Shown one piece after another: positions 25,485 to 37,597 of a DNA stretch of 64,000 nucleotides (position 1 is its first letter; every line of letters begins with the position of its first letter). This stretch comes from Felis catus (Eukaryota), in assembly GCF_018350175.1 (NCBI RefSeq), contig NC_058368.1, positions 125,614,001 to 125,678,000 of the forward strand, read 5' to 3'. Below the pieces are notes generated by a model. That model had not been told where the DNA came from and searched no databases. It was given only the letters and a program-made list of their open reading frames with translations. The translations under genes and the position numbers were made by a program.

Positions 25485-27974
25485 TTTTTTTTTTTTAATT
25501 TTATTTTTAATTTTTTAAATTTGTCCAAATTAGCTAGTATATAGTGCAACAATGATTTCAGAAGTAGAATCCTTAATGCCCTTTACCCATTTAATCCATC
25601 CTTCCTCCCACAACCCCTCCCATAACCCTCAGTTTGTTCTCCATATTTATGAGCCTCTTCTGTTTTGTCCCCCTCCCTGTTTTTATATTATTTTTGTTTC
25701 CCTTCCCTATGTTCATCTATTTTGTCTCTTAAAGTCCTCATATGAGTGAATTCATATGATTTTTGTCTTTCTTTGACTAATTTCACTTAGCATAATACCC
25801 TCCAGTTCCACCCATGTAGTTGCAAATGGCAAGATTTCATTCTTTTTGATTGCTGAGTAATTCTCCATTGTATATATATACCACATCTTCTTTATCCATT
25901 CATCCATCCATGGACATTTGGGCTCTTTCCATACTTTGGCTATTGTTGATAGTGCTGCTATAAACATTGGGGTGCATGTGTCCCTTCGAAACAGCACACC
26001 TGTATCCCTTGGATAAATTCCTAGTAGTGCAATTTCTGGGTCGTAGGGTACTTCTATTTTTAATTTTTTGAGGAACTTCCATACTGTTTTCCAGAGTGGC
26101 TGCACCAGCTTGCATTCCTACCAACAGTGCAAAAGAGATCCTCTTTCTCTGCATCCTTGCCAACATCTGTTGTTGCCTGAGTTGTTAATGTTAGCCATTC
26201 TGACAGGTGTAAGGTGGTATTTCATAGTGGTTTTGATTTGTATTTCCTTGATGATGAGTGATTGTGAGCATTTTCTCATATGTCGGTTGGCCATCTAGAT
26301 ATCTTCTTTGGAGAAGTGTCTATTCATGTCTTTTGCCCATTTCTTCACTGGATTATTTGTTTTTTGAGGGTTGAATTTGATAAATTCTTTATAGATTTTG
26401 GATACTAACCCTTTATCTGATATGTCATTTGCAAATATCTTCTCCCATTCTATCAGTTGCCTTTTAGTTTTGCTGATTGTTTCCTTCGCTGTGCAGAAGT
26501 TTTTTATTTTGATGAGGTCCCAGTAGTTCATTTTTCCTTTTGTTTTCCTTGCCTCCAGAGATGTGTTGAGTAAGAAGTTGCTGCGGCCAAGATCAAAGAG
26601 GTTTTTTCCTGCTTTCCCCCAGAGGATTTTGATGGCTTCCTGTCTTACATTGAAGTCTTTCATCCATTTTGAGTCTATTTTTGTGTATGGTGTAAGAAAG
26701 TGGTCCAGGTTCATTCTTCTGTATGTTGCTGTCCAGTTTTCCCAGCACCACTTGCCGAAGAGACTTGTCTCTATTCCACTGAATATTCCTTCCTGCTTTG
26801 TCAAAGATTAGTTGGCCATACGTTTGTGGGTCCGTTTCTGGGTTCTCTGTTCTATTCCATTGATCTGAGTGTCTGTTCTTGTGCCAGTACCATACTGTCT
26901 TGATGATTACAACTTTGTAGTATAGCTTGAAGTCTGGGATTGTGATGCCTCCTGCTTTGGTTTTCTTTTTTCAATATTGCTTTGGCTATTCAGGGTCTTT
27001 TCTGGTTCCATTTAAATTTTAGGATTATTTGTTCTAGCTCTGTGAAGAATGCTGGTTTTATTTTGATAGAGATTGCACTGAATAAGTAGATTGCTTTGGG
27101 TAGTGTTGCCATTTTAACAATATTTGTTCTTCCTATCCAGGAGCAGGGAATCTTTTTCCATTTTTTGGTGTCTTCAATTTCTTTCATAAGCTTTCTATAG
27201 TTTTCAGTGTATAGATTTTTCACCTCTTTGGTTAGATTTATTCCTAGGTATTTTCTGGTCTTTTGTGCAACTGTAAATGGGATCAATTCTTTGATTTCTC
27301 TTTCTGTCGCTTCATTGTTGGTGTATAGGAATGCAAATGATTTCTGTGCGTTGATTTTATATCCTGCAACTTTGCTGAATTCATTAATCAATTCTAGCAG
27401 TTTTTTGGTGGAATCTTTTGGGTTTTCCATATAGAGTATCAAGTCATCTGGAAAGAGTGAAAGTTTAACCTCCTCCTGGCCAGTTTGGATGCATTTTATT
27501 TCTTTGTGTTGTCTGATTGCTGAGGCTAAGACTTCCAATGCTATGTTGAATAACAGTGACGAGAGTGGACATCTCTATCTTGTTCCTGACCTTAGGGGGA
27601 AAGCTCTCAGTTTTTCCCCAGTAAGGATGATATTAGCATTGGGTCATTCATATATGGCTTTTATGATCTTGAGGTATGCTCCTTCTACCCCTACTTTCTT
27701 GAGGGTTTTTATTAAGAAAGGATGCTTTTGTCAATTTTGTCAAATGCTTTCTCTGCATCTATTGAGAGGATCATGTGGTTCTTGTCCTTTCTTTTATTCA
27801 TGTGATGAATCACGTTAATTGTTTTGCAGATATTGAACCAGTCCTGCATCCCCGGTATAAATCCCATTTGGTCATGGTGAATAATTTTTTTAATGTATTG
27901 TTGGATCCAGTTGGCTCATATCTTGTTGAGGATTTTTGCATCCATGTTCATCAGGGATATTGGTCTATTGTTCT

Positions 27975-28027
27975 TTTTTTTTTTTTTTAATTTATTGTCA
28001 AATTGGTTTCCATACAACACCCAGTGC
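27975..28027 (-). mobile_element. Tiny (~50 bp) 5'-truncated L1 3' end nested in ORF2
   Basis: Poly-T then AATTTATTGTCAAATTGGTTTCCATACAACACCCAGTGC; approximate TSD TCTATTGTTCT (27964-27974) / TCTATTTTTTT (28028-28038); host ORF2 resumes afterwards. Confidence 0.85.
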
Positions 28028-28154
28028 TCTATTTTTTTCCTTTTTCGTGGGGTCTCTGTCGGATTTTGGAATCAATGTAATGCTGACTTCATAAAATGAG
28101 TTTGGAAGTTTTCCTTCCATTTCTATTTTTTGGAACACCTTCAAGAGAATAGGT

Positions 28155-29143
28155 TTTACTGCAAAGTAAATGATCAACAAAACTAAAAGGCAACCAGTGG
28201 AATGGGAAAATATATTTGCAAATGACATATCAGACAAAGGGCTATTATCCAAAATCTATAAAGAGCTCACCAAACTCTACACCTGAAAAACAAATAATCC
28301 AGTGAAGAAATGGTCAGAAAACATGAATAGACACTTCTCTAAAGAAGACATCCAGATGGTCAATAGGTACATGAAAAGATGCTCAACGTCATTCTTTATC
28401 AGGGAAATACCAATCAAAACCACACTGAGGTACCACTTCACACCAGTCAGAGTGGCTAAAATGAACAAATCAGGAGACTATAGACTCTGGTGAGGATGTG
28501 GAGAAATGGGAACCCTCTTGCACTGTTGGTGGGAATGCAAATTGGTGCAGCCACGGTGGAAAACAGTGTGGAGGTTCCTCAAAAATTAAAAATAGATCTA
28601 CCCTATGACCCAGCAATAGCACTGCTAGGAATTTACCCAAGGGATACAGGAGTGCTGATGCAGAGGGGCACTTGTACCCTAGCGTTTATAGCAGCAGTTT
28701 CAACAATAGCCAAATTATGGAAAGAGCCTAAATATCCATCAAGTGATGAATGGATAAAGAAACTGTGGTTTATATACATAATGGAATACTACTTGGCAAA
28801 AAGAAAGAATGAAATATGGCCTTTTGTAGCAACGTGGATGGAACTGGAGAGTTTTATGCTAAGTGAAATAAGTCCTACAGAGAAAGACAGATAGCATATG
28901 TTTTCACTCTTATGTGGATCCTTAGAAACTTAACAGAAGACCATGGGGGAGGGGAAGAGAAAAAAAAGTCAGAGAGGGAGAGAGCCAAACCATAAGAGAC
29001 TTAAAAACTGAGAATAAACTGAGGTTTGATGGGGTTGGAAGGACAGGGAGGATGGATGATGGGCATTGAGGAGGGCACCTGTTGGGATGAGCCCTGGGTG
29101 TTGTATGGAAACCAATTTGACAATAAATTTCATATAAAAAAAA
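28155..29143 (+). mobile_element. ~1-kb 5'-truncated L1 nested antisense in ORF2
   Basis: ORFs 28302-28493 and 28490-28894 are ORF2p C-terminus; 3'UTR ...GTATGGAAACCAATTTGACAATAAATTTC plus poly(A); perfect TSD AAGAGAATAGGT at 28143-28154 and 29144-29155. Confidence 0.96.
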
Positions 29144-30661
29144 AAGAGAATAGGTGTTAACTCTTCCTTAAATGTTTGGTAGAATTCACCTGGAAAGCCA
29201 TCTGGCCCTGGACTCTTGTTTTTTTTGGCAGATTTTTGATTACTAATTTGATTTCTTTACTGGTTATGGTTCTGTTCAAATTTTCTATTTCTTCCTGATT
29301 CACTTTTGGTAGTGTATATGTTTTTAGGAAATTTTACATTTCTTCCAGATTGTCCATTTTATTGGTGTATAATTGTTCATAATATTCTCTTATTGTTTTT
29401 ATTTCTGCTGTGTTGGTTGTGATCACTCTTCTTTCATTCTTGTTTTTTTTTCTTCGGGTCCTTTCCTTTTTCTTTTTGATCAAGCTCGCTAGTGGTTTAT
29501 CAATTTTGTTAACTTTTTCAAAGAACCAGCTTCTAGTTTCATTGATCTGTTCTACTATTTTTTTGGTTTTGATAGTATTAATTTCTGCTCTAATCTTTAT
29601 TATTTCCTGTCTTCTGCTGTTTTTGGATTTTATTTGCTGTTCTTTTCCCAGCTCCTTAAGGCATAAGGTTGGGTTCTGTATCTGAAATCTTTCTTCCTTC
29701 TTTAGGAAGGCCTGGATTGCTATATACTTTCCTCTTATGACCCCTTTGCTCTGTCCCAGAGGTTTCCAGTTGTGGTGTTATCATTTTCATTGGCTTCCAT
29801 ATACTTTTTAATTTCCTCTTTATCTTCTTGGTTAGCTCATTCATTCTTTAGTTGGATGTTCTTCAGTCTCCAAGTATTTGTTACCTTTCCAAATTTTTTC
29901 TTGTGGTTGATTTCGAGTTTCATAGCGCTGTCTGAAAATATACATGATATGATCTCGATCTTTTTGTACTTACTTACGCATGATTTGTGTCTCAGTATAT
30001 GGTCTATTCTGGAGAACTTTCCCTGTGCACTGGAAAAGAATGTATATTCTCCTTCTTTAGGATGAAATGTTCTGAATATATCTGTTAAGTCCATCTGGTC
30101 CAGTGTGTCATTCAAAGCCATTGTTTCCTTGTTGATTTTTTTATTAGATGATCTGTCCATTGCTATGAGTGGGGTGTTGAAGTCTCCTACTATTATGGTG
30201 TTATTATCGATGGGTTTCTTTATGTTTGTGATCAATTGATTTATATATTTGGGTTCTTCCATATTTGGTGCATAAATGTTTACAATTGTCAGGTCTTCTT
30301 GGTCTATAGACTCCTTGATTATGATATAATGCCCTTCTGCATCTCTTCATACAGTTTTAATTCTAAAGTATAGATTGTCTGATAGAAGTATGGCTACTCT
30401 GTCTTTCTTTTGTTGACAATTAGCATGATAGATGGTTCTCCATCCTCTTACTTTCAATCTGAAAGTGTCTTTAGGTCTAAAGTGGGTCTCGTGTAAACAG
30501 CATATAGATGGATCTTGTTTCCTTATCCATTCTGTTACACTATGTTTTTTGATTGGAGCATTGAGTCCATTGACATTTAGAGTGAGTACTGAAAGATAGG
30601 AATTTATTGCCATTATGTTTCTTGTAGAGTTGGAGTTTATGGTGGTGGTCTCTGGTCCTTT

Positions 30662-31582
30662 CTAGTCTTTGTTGCTTTTGGTCTTTTTTTTTTTAACATT
30701 TTTCCCCCCTCTGAGAGTCCCCCTTAAAATTTCTTGCAGGACTGGTTTAGTGGTCACAAACTCCTTTAATTTTTGTTTGTCTGGGAAACTTTTTATCTCT
30801 CCTTCTATTTTGAATGACAGCCTTGCTGGATAAAGAATTCTTGGCTGCATATTTTTCTGATTCAGCACACTGAATATATCCTGCCACTCCTTTCTGGCCT
30901 GCCAGGTTTCTGTGGATAGGTCTGCTGCAAACCTGATCTGTCTTCCCTTGTAGGTTAGAGACTTTTTTTCCCTTGCTGCCTTCATGATTCTCTCCTCGCC
31001 TGGGTATTTTGTGAATTTGACTATGATATGCCTGTTGATGGTCGGTTTTTGTTGAATCTAATGGGGGTCCTCTGTGCTTCCTGGATTTTGATGTCTGTGT
31101 CTTTCCCCAGGTTAGGAAAGTTTTCCACTATGATTTGCTCACATAACCCTTCTACCCCTATTTCTCTTCCTCCTCTGGGACCCCTATGATTCTGATGTTG
31201 TTCCTTTTTAATGAGTCACTGATTTCTCTAATTATTAAATCCTGCTCTTTTGTCTTAATCTCCCTCTTTTTCTCTGCTTCCTTATTCTCTATAAGTTTGT
31301 CCTCTATATTGCTGATTCTCTGTTCTGCCTCGTCCATCCTTGCCGCCGCTGCATCCATCCATGATTGCAGCACAGTTATAGCATTTTTAATTTCATTCTG
31401 GCTATTTTTTACTTATTTTCTCTCTGCAGAAAGGGATTCTAATTTATTTTTGACTCCCGCTAGTATTTTTATTATCGTGATTCTAAATTCTGGTTCAGAC
31501 ATCTTGCTTGTATCTGTGTTGGTTAAATCCCTGGCTGTCGTTTCTTTGTGCTCTTTCTTTTGGGGTGAATTCCTTCGTTATT
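30662..31582 (-). pseudogene. L1 ORF1p (RNA-binding chaperone), disrupted
   Basis: ORF pieces ARMDEAEQRISNIEDK...KRNNIRIIGVPEEEEK and TYKGRQIRFAADLSTETWQARKEWQDIF...QPRILYPARLSF; premature stop at 31158; start region appears mutated. Confidence 0.93.
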
Positions 31583-31665
31583 TTCACTTTGAAGGGAGAA
31601 AAGGAATTAATGAGGTAGAAAAATTAACATTAAAAAATTTAAATAAAAATATTAAAATTAAAAAA

Positions 31666-31666
<1 letters not shown>

Positions 31667-31696
<30 letters not shown>
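31667..31696. repeat. (CA)15 microsatellite within the L1 5' region
   Basis: Direct count. Confidence 0.95.
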
Positions 31697-31698
<2 letters not shown>

Positions 31699-31789
31699 TC
31701 AAATAAATGATGCTAGATCCTAGGTGTGTTTTGGTCTGGGTTTTGAAAGTGGTTTGACAGATTAGAGAAAAAAAAGTTGGGGGGAGAAA

Positions 31790-32430
31790 GGAAATCATTT
31801 GAGAATTTGAAAAAGTGAATTCACTGAAGTAAACGAAAATGAGATGATGGGAGTAAAATAGAATTTGAAAAAATTTACACAAAAGTAAAGAATAGCAGAA
31901 AAAATAAAAATATTTTTAATAAAAATTAAAAATAATTTTTTTCTCTTTTTGTATCCAAGAAAAAGAAAAGAAAGGAAAAAGAGAAAAAAGAAAAAAAGGA
32001 AATCATTTGAACATTTGAAAAAGTGAATACACTGAAGTAGACTAAAGTAAAATGATGGAAGTAAAATAGAATTTGCAAAAAATTACATAAAAGTAAAAAA
32101 TATAGTAAAAAATTAAAGAAAAATATTTTTAGTAGAAATTGAAAGTAAAAATGAAGTTTTTCCCTTTCTGCATTCAAGAAAAAGAAAATAAATGATAAAG
32201 AGAAAAAAAAGAAATAAAAGGAAATGATATGAAAATTTGAAAAAGTGAGTACACTGAAGTAGACTATATTAAAATGATGGGGGTAAAATAAAATTTGAAA
32301 AAAATTACACAAAATTAAAAAATATAGGAAAATTAAAAATATTTTTAATAAGAATTGAAAATAAAAATGAATTTTTTTTCTGTATTCAAGAAAAAGAAAA
32401 GAAGTGAGAAAGAGAAAAAAAAGGAAGAAA
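31790..32430. repeat. Three ~210-bp A-rich tandem units in the L1 5'UTR
   Basis: Unit motif GAAATCATTTGA..ATTTGAAAAAGTGAAT.CACTGAAGTA recurs at 31791, 31999 and 32221. Confidence 0.88.
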
Positions 32431-33655
32431 ATTGAATAGATGGACCTGCTAACAGATTGAAATAGGACTGAAATTGCTTTGTTTTCCCCTAGAAGTCAGT
32501 TATGAAGCACTTTATAGTCCATAAACTAAGCAGGTGGTGAGACTTGTGTTCTTGAAGAGCAAGGTTGGCCCAGTTGGGCAGGGCTCAGTGTAATGGCTCC
32601 ATTTTCCACCAAATGGCACTGCTAGCCTACTGGGATTGAGTGTCATGGCGCTCTTAGGTGTGTATGTACAGGCGTGGGAGCAGTGAAAATGGTGTCACCC
32701 AGCTACCCAGTCTTTAGTATCGGAACTCTGTTCTCCCTGATCAGCAATTGTGTGCCCGTCTTCTGTCTTCATCTTTCGTCCACTGCTCACTTTTTTACTC
32801 TCTGTGACCACGCCCTAGGCAGTACCTCTCTCCCGAGTTTTCTCTCAGATGCGGCTGAACTGTTCCACCCCTCTGTGCAAGGGTCTCACCGAGCAGTGGC
32901 CGAATGTTGGCTACACCTAGGACTGCTTGCTGGACCCTGCTGCTGCCGATGTCCAGAGATTATGGCCAGCTGCCAGCCCACCCCAGAAAAAGTTCAGGAG
33001 ATAGTTCAGCAGGAGCTTTTCAGGGATTATGGAAAATCACAACACACATCTGACACCAGACTTCACCCTTAATGAACTTGTTCCAGCAGCAGCGATTGTG
33101 GCCATTTTCTGGGGTCTGCTGGGACCAGGTGGCTTCAACAGTCTCTACCAAATGTCCTTCCAGCAGTGGAACCGCTTTTCCCCTGTGGCCTAAGATCCTC
33201 CTGGAACCCATTCTGCTCCTGGGGATTTGCCCTTCCCACCAGAGCACTGCCAGGTATCAAGCTGCAGAGTTGCAGACTCTGGGCTCCCCTTGTTTACAGT
33301 CTTAATGGGATTTAAGCCCTCTCCTTTCTCCTTTCTCCCTTTTTAGTTTAGTCCTTGTGGCTGTTTCCAATATTCCACTTTCTTTCCAGCTGCTTTTGGG
33401 GGGGGTGCTTTTTCCGTATCCTCCCCCGCTCCCAGTCTCCATCCTCTCTCCACCCATGAAAGCACCTCCCTGCCCGCTGCGGCTTCTTGCTCCCCAAGTT
33501 TACCTCTCCGCACTGGATACCTGCTGAATTCTGTGGTTCGGGTTGTGCAGATTGCTGTGTTAATCCTCAAATCAGTTTTCTAGGTGTGCAGGATGGTTTA
33601 GCGTTGGTCTGGCTGAATTTCATGGATGCCAGACAAAAAACCTCCATGCTGTTCT

Positions 33656-33674
33656 GCCATCTTGGCTCCTCCCC
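33656..33674 (-). promoter_or_regulatory. L1 5' terminus with YY1-type motif CAAGATGGC (internal promoter start)
   Basis: Reverse complement reads GGGGAGGAGCCAAGATGGC, the conserved mammalian L1 start containing the YY1 core. Confidence 0.7.
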
Positions 33675-34055
33675 CCATTTTTTCTGTTCTACATGGCGTC
33701 AACTGGGCTCACTTATGTGGCTGCATTCTTCTGGGGCTTGGTGGTACAAGGTGGTTTATTTACACATTTGGCGATTCATACTGATTGTTGGGTATGATCC
33801 CTCTTTACAGGTGGTATGCCCACTAGAATAAGTGGGCTTTATTACATAGTAGCACAGGGCTCCAAACAAGAGTGAAAGGAGAAGCTGCCTGGTCTCTTGA
33901 GCCTGGGTCTAGAACTCAAACAGCATGAAGCATTTTTGTCACATTTGTGGGTCAACAGAAACCACACAGCCAGTCTGCATCAACTGTCTTGAACTCTTGA
34001 TGGGCTTGCATCTATAAAGATGGGAATATTTATTGGTGACCATCTTTGCAGACTC
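33675..34055 (-). mobile_element. MLT1-type LTR, right part (split by the L1)
   Basis: TTCTGTTCTACATGGCGTCAACTGGGCTCACTTATGTGGCTGCATTC...GAGAAGCTGCCTGGTCTCTTGAGCCTGGGTCTAGAACT...GACCATCTTTGCA. Confidence 0.75.
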
Positions 34056-34389
34056 ATGGGAGGAAAGTGACATCAGAACTGATAACCATCATAGCCTCTC
34101 AGATACTGAGCCTAGGGCACAGGGACAAAAGCACAGGTAAACCCAATTGTTCTGGATTCCATAAGCACGTCTAGTATCAGTTTACCTCACTAAGATTTCC
34201 AGGATGGTTTTGAAGGTAATTTGATAACAGAGATAACATATACAGAGATCTTTTTGGCTCATTCTACAGAGTAAACTTGCACAGACAAGACGAGCAGAGC
34301 AAATGCACAAATAATGACCTCATGATTCCAGAAATTATTCACCTCAAACTATCAACTAAAAGGTTGACCATTTATTTCAGGATTAAAGA

Positions 34390-34620
34390 CACTTAGTGAC
34401 AGTGGAAAACAGTTTTGGAGTGTCAGACATGAGGTTGAATCCTAACTCCATGAAGCTTTGTGATCTTGGAAAATTACATTATTCTCTGAGTCTCATTTTC
34501 CTCATCTATAATATGGGGATGATAGCACTTCCTTCACAGAGTTGTTGAAAGTATAACTTATCTAGCACACAGATTCTTACAGAAAAATAGCTTAGAAAAT
34601 ATTAACTATTATTATCTTTG
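34390..34620 (+). mobile_element. MIR
   Basis: TTTTGGAGTGTCAGAC...GAATCCTAACTCC...TGTGATCTTGG...CTCTGAGTCTCATTTTCCTCATCTATAATATGGGGATGATAG. Confidence 0.75.
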
Positions 34621-37597
34621 AATCACTTGCTATCACAATATGGCTCATGACTTTAGGGTTTCCTAAGGAGCAGACAGTCCCTCCATGACCAAATGCAAAA
34701 ATTTGGGAAAAGTATGAATCTCTTCAACTCCATGGATACCCAGATGGACCCTTGTCCTTTTGGTCAGTTGGCTCAGTGAAGAAAATATTTTATGTAACTT
34801 TTCTTCTTCCTCTTTTACCTGTTATCACTAAATTTACTCTTTCCCAAGTTGAAAATTTAGGGACTTAGCAACTCTGTCTATTGGGGCATAGTTATACATT
34901 GAATATATCTGATGAAGCTTTCTTCTGTCCCTGTTCTACTTTTCTTGGAGAAGATAAGAATAACCAGTTAACATATAAAAAGCATATTCATAAACTATCC
35001 TGTTAAGAAGAGAAGCTATGGGGTTTTAACACTAACCATCCAACTTTTCCTGGGACATTATTGAATTCACTTGATTTTCCCTGTTATAAGAGCATCTGTT
35101 AGATCCTATAGCAGCATGTCCAATTTTGGTGTAAAAAAGACACTGTAGATATTGAAATTAGGAAGTACATTTCCTGACCGTGTATTTCTTATTGTGTGTC
35201 CTTAGGAAATCTTTTTCCTTCTGCCCCAAAAGACAAATGAAGACTCTACATTTCTCCCTGCCAATTCTTTATTTGACTGCTAATCGCTGCTTTGTTACCT
35301 TTGCTTTCTGAATGAACCTCTTGTCCAGTTGCAGCAACATGAACCATCATCTTTTTCTGATATTAAAAAGATCTTCCTTTTTTAAGGAGGGAAGAGATTA
35401 AGATGCTAAATGAGCAAGAGAGCCAAACACATGCTGTTCTAGGATTAGACTTCAAACTATTTCTTCCCAGGTCTGGTTATCTCATTATTCAATAGCTACC
35501 AAGTGACTGGGCAGAATTCATTTGGACATTGTGCATTTCCCCTCTTCTAGGAAGGATAGATTTTGCTCCTCTATCCATTCAGTAAAACTCAGAAAATTGC
35601 TATTTTGAAAATAGGTGCATTGGCATTTCTAAATGATTAGGAGTCCTTGCAGAATTCCCAGAGTGCATCATCCTTTAAAGAATGTCTCTGTTAGAAGTTC
35701 TGTGAAGATAGAACATATGCTACTCTTTGCTTCAACTGTAACAACAGAAGTCTTACCTTTTGTTGGATCTTTGATTGTGAAGAGGACCTTTTGTTTTTTG
35801 TCCCTTCAAATCTCTTGTCTTCTCTCACAATTTCTTAAAGACAAAAGTAATGCTGAGTAAACAAACACACAGAGAAGTGAAGTTTGATTAAGTCAACCAT
35901 GAAGTAAATCCCACTTTAACTTTCATATGTAGCACCAGGGGGGTAGGAAGAATAGAGCCTCTGGAGGTATCCATTTATACTTGTGCTCTAGGCCCTCTAA
36001 ATACTAGGGGTCTGCCCTATTTGACAGCAAACCCTAACTCTATACAGCTGAAGAAAAGGAGGCAAGTAGGAGACTAATCTCTGGTCATGGAGAGGCGTGG
36101 GGCCACAGACAGGGCTGGAACTCTGGTTATTGCTATTGGACCAGCTGCTCTCCTCACTGGAAGATTTTTACTCAGATACAGATGGCTAAATTTTTTCCTC
36201 CAGAGACTTGTCTTCTCAGAAAAAAGTTCCAGTCCCTTACTTACTTTATTCTTGGAACTATTTGTGAGGATTAGAGTCAAAGTCTGTAAGCCCTTTGCAA
36301 TTCTTCCCAGAAAGGTGCTATAAAAACACAAGATATTATAGTATAATCCTCAGAACACACTAATTCCAGAGGGTAGAGAGAAGAGACTCTGAATCATGAG
36401 TTCTGCCTGGCTTGCTCAAATGCCAGGTTTAGCTTTGAAGTGCTCTATGATTGATAGGTCAATAGCTGCTGAAAGATTAGGAGCTTTTCTAAATGGGTGA
36501 CTAACTCCTAGAGGAAGCCACATACTTGACCTATTAATACCCAATTAAAATAGTTATTGTAACTGTTAGAAATGTGACCACCAATAAACTGAAGTACTCT
36601 ATGTCTTAAAATTTGGTGCTATCGCTTCCTTTCAGCTACCACTGCCATCTCTCCTATTTACTGAAAATACCTTTCAAAGTTCTCTCGAAGTAAACTCAGT
36701 ATTCCAGGCAATCTATAATGGGCATCTTCTTGCTCCTGAATTGTATTTCACAGTAGACTTCACATCAAACAGATGACTCCTGCAAAAAACCCAAAAAATC
36801 CACAAAGGGCAGGGGAGCCTTGTGCATCTTTTGAAACTCCACCCCAAGCAGCAAGGAAACTGCTCCACCCCCAGCCAACTCCCTTGGAGCCCATCTGCAC
36901 TCCTACCTTAGGTGATGTTCAATTAACAGTTCCTTTTAAATTCACTGTCTTCCTGGTTTCCCAGCTTGCTGGCTTTTTGAAAATTTTTGTATTTAATGAA
37001 TGAGCAAATGAGCTACAATTATGAAGAAATATGCACTGTGAAATATTGTTCTCACTTCGTCTAAATAAAAATAGGCAAGTATTCCGTTCTATGTCCCACT
37101 TTCTTAATAGAGTTGGAAAAGAGCTAAGAAAACTCAGAGTTCTAGAGAGTGTATATGTCTTGTATGTCTATAGCTATTTGAGCAAACACTTGCCCCAAAA
37201 ATCATTTGTCATTGGTAAACTATATTTACTTAAATGAACAGACCTTAGATGCTATCATATCACAGAGAAGTATTTCTCTGGATGAAGCAGAATCAGAGGA
37301 GAGGCTCTAATCCTGTGCTGTCATTCACTGTGTCTATCATCTTGGCTTCAATTCACACTACCAGTAAAAAGAAGCACTTGGGAAGTTAGGTAGATTGGTG
37401 GTTCCCAACCTGAGTGCAGAACTGGAGCTATTTAAATATTTCAAACAGCTTAACTGAAATAGTAGCTGTTAACAAAAACTGTCGGGGTACATAGGCTAAG
37501 CAAAAGAAAATTCCTTCATTTTTGTCTGGAATAATATCAACTCAGTATAGGTAACTGTGGTTTTCTCATGCTAAAAAGAATGAGGGAAGGAGTTAAT

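Larger units (their letters stand above)
25752..30613 (-). pseudogene. L1 ORF2p (endonuclease/reverse transcriptase), disrupted
   Basis: ORF pieces: MAINSYLSVLTLNVNGLNAPIK...CCLHETH and GDFNTPL (EN), [11 protein letters not shown] and KYLGINL (RT), QPLWKTVW...EILPFATTW (C-terminus); frameshifts and two nested insertions. Confidence 0.96.
25485..33674 (-). mobile_element. Full-length, inactive felid-type LINE-1
   Basis: 5' end GGGGAGGAGCCAAGATGGC at 33674, GC-rich 5'UTR, ORF1, 48-nt spacer, ORF2 (EN, RT, C-terminus), 3'UTR, poly(A); TSD CCATTTTTTCT at 25355-25365 and 33675-33685. Confidence 0.97.

Noticed and set aside
27975..29143. Twin-priming inversion of the host L1
   Set aside because: Host ORF2 is colinear on both sides, each insert has its own tail and TSD, and their 3'UTR differs from the host.
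26068..31710. Plus-strand hydrophobic ORFs (e.g. 31186-31710, 29410-29685, 27489-27818)
   Set aside because: Antisense shadows of A-rich L1 ORF1/ORF2; no independent coding evidence.
32674..33831. Antisense ORFs in the L1 5'UTR as an ORF0 analogue
   Set aside because: Mostly non-ATG starts or weak context in GC-rich DNA, and one runs out of the element. ORF0 is described for primate L1 and I see no similarity; it would need conservation across felid copies.
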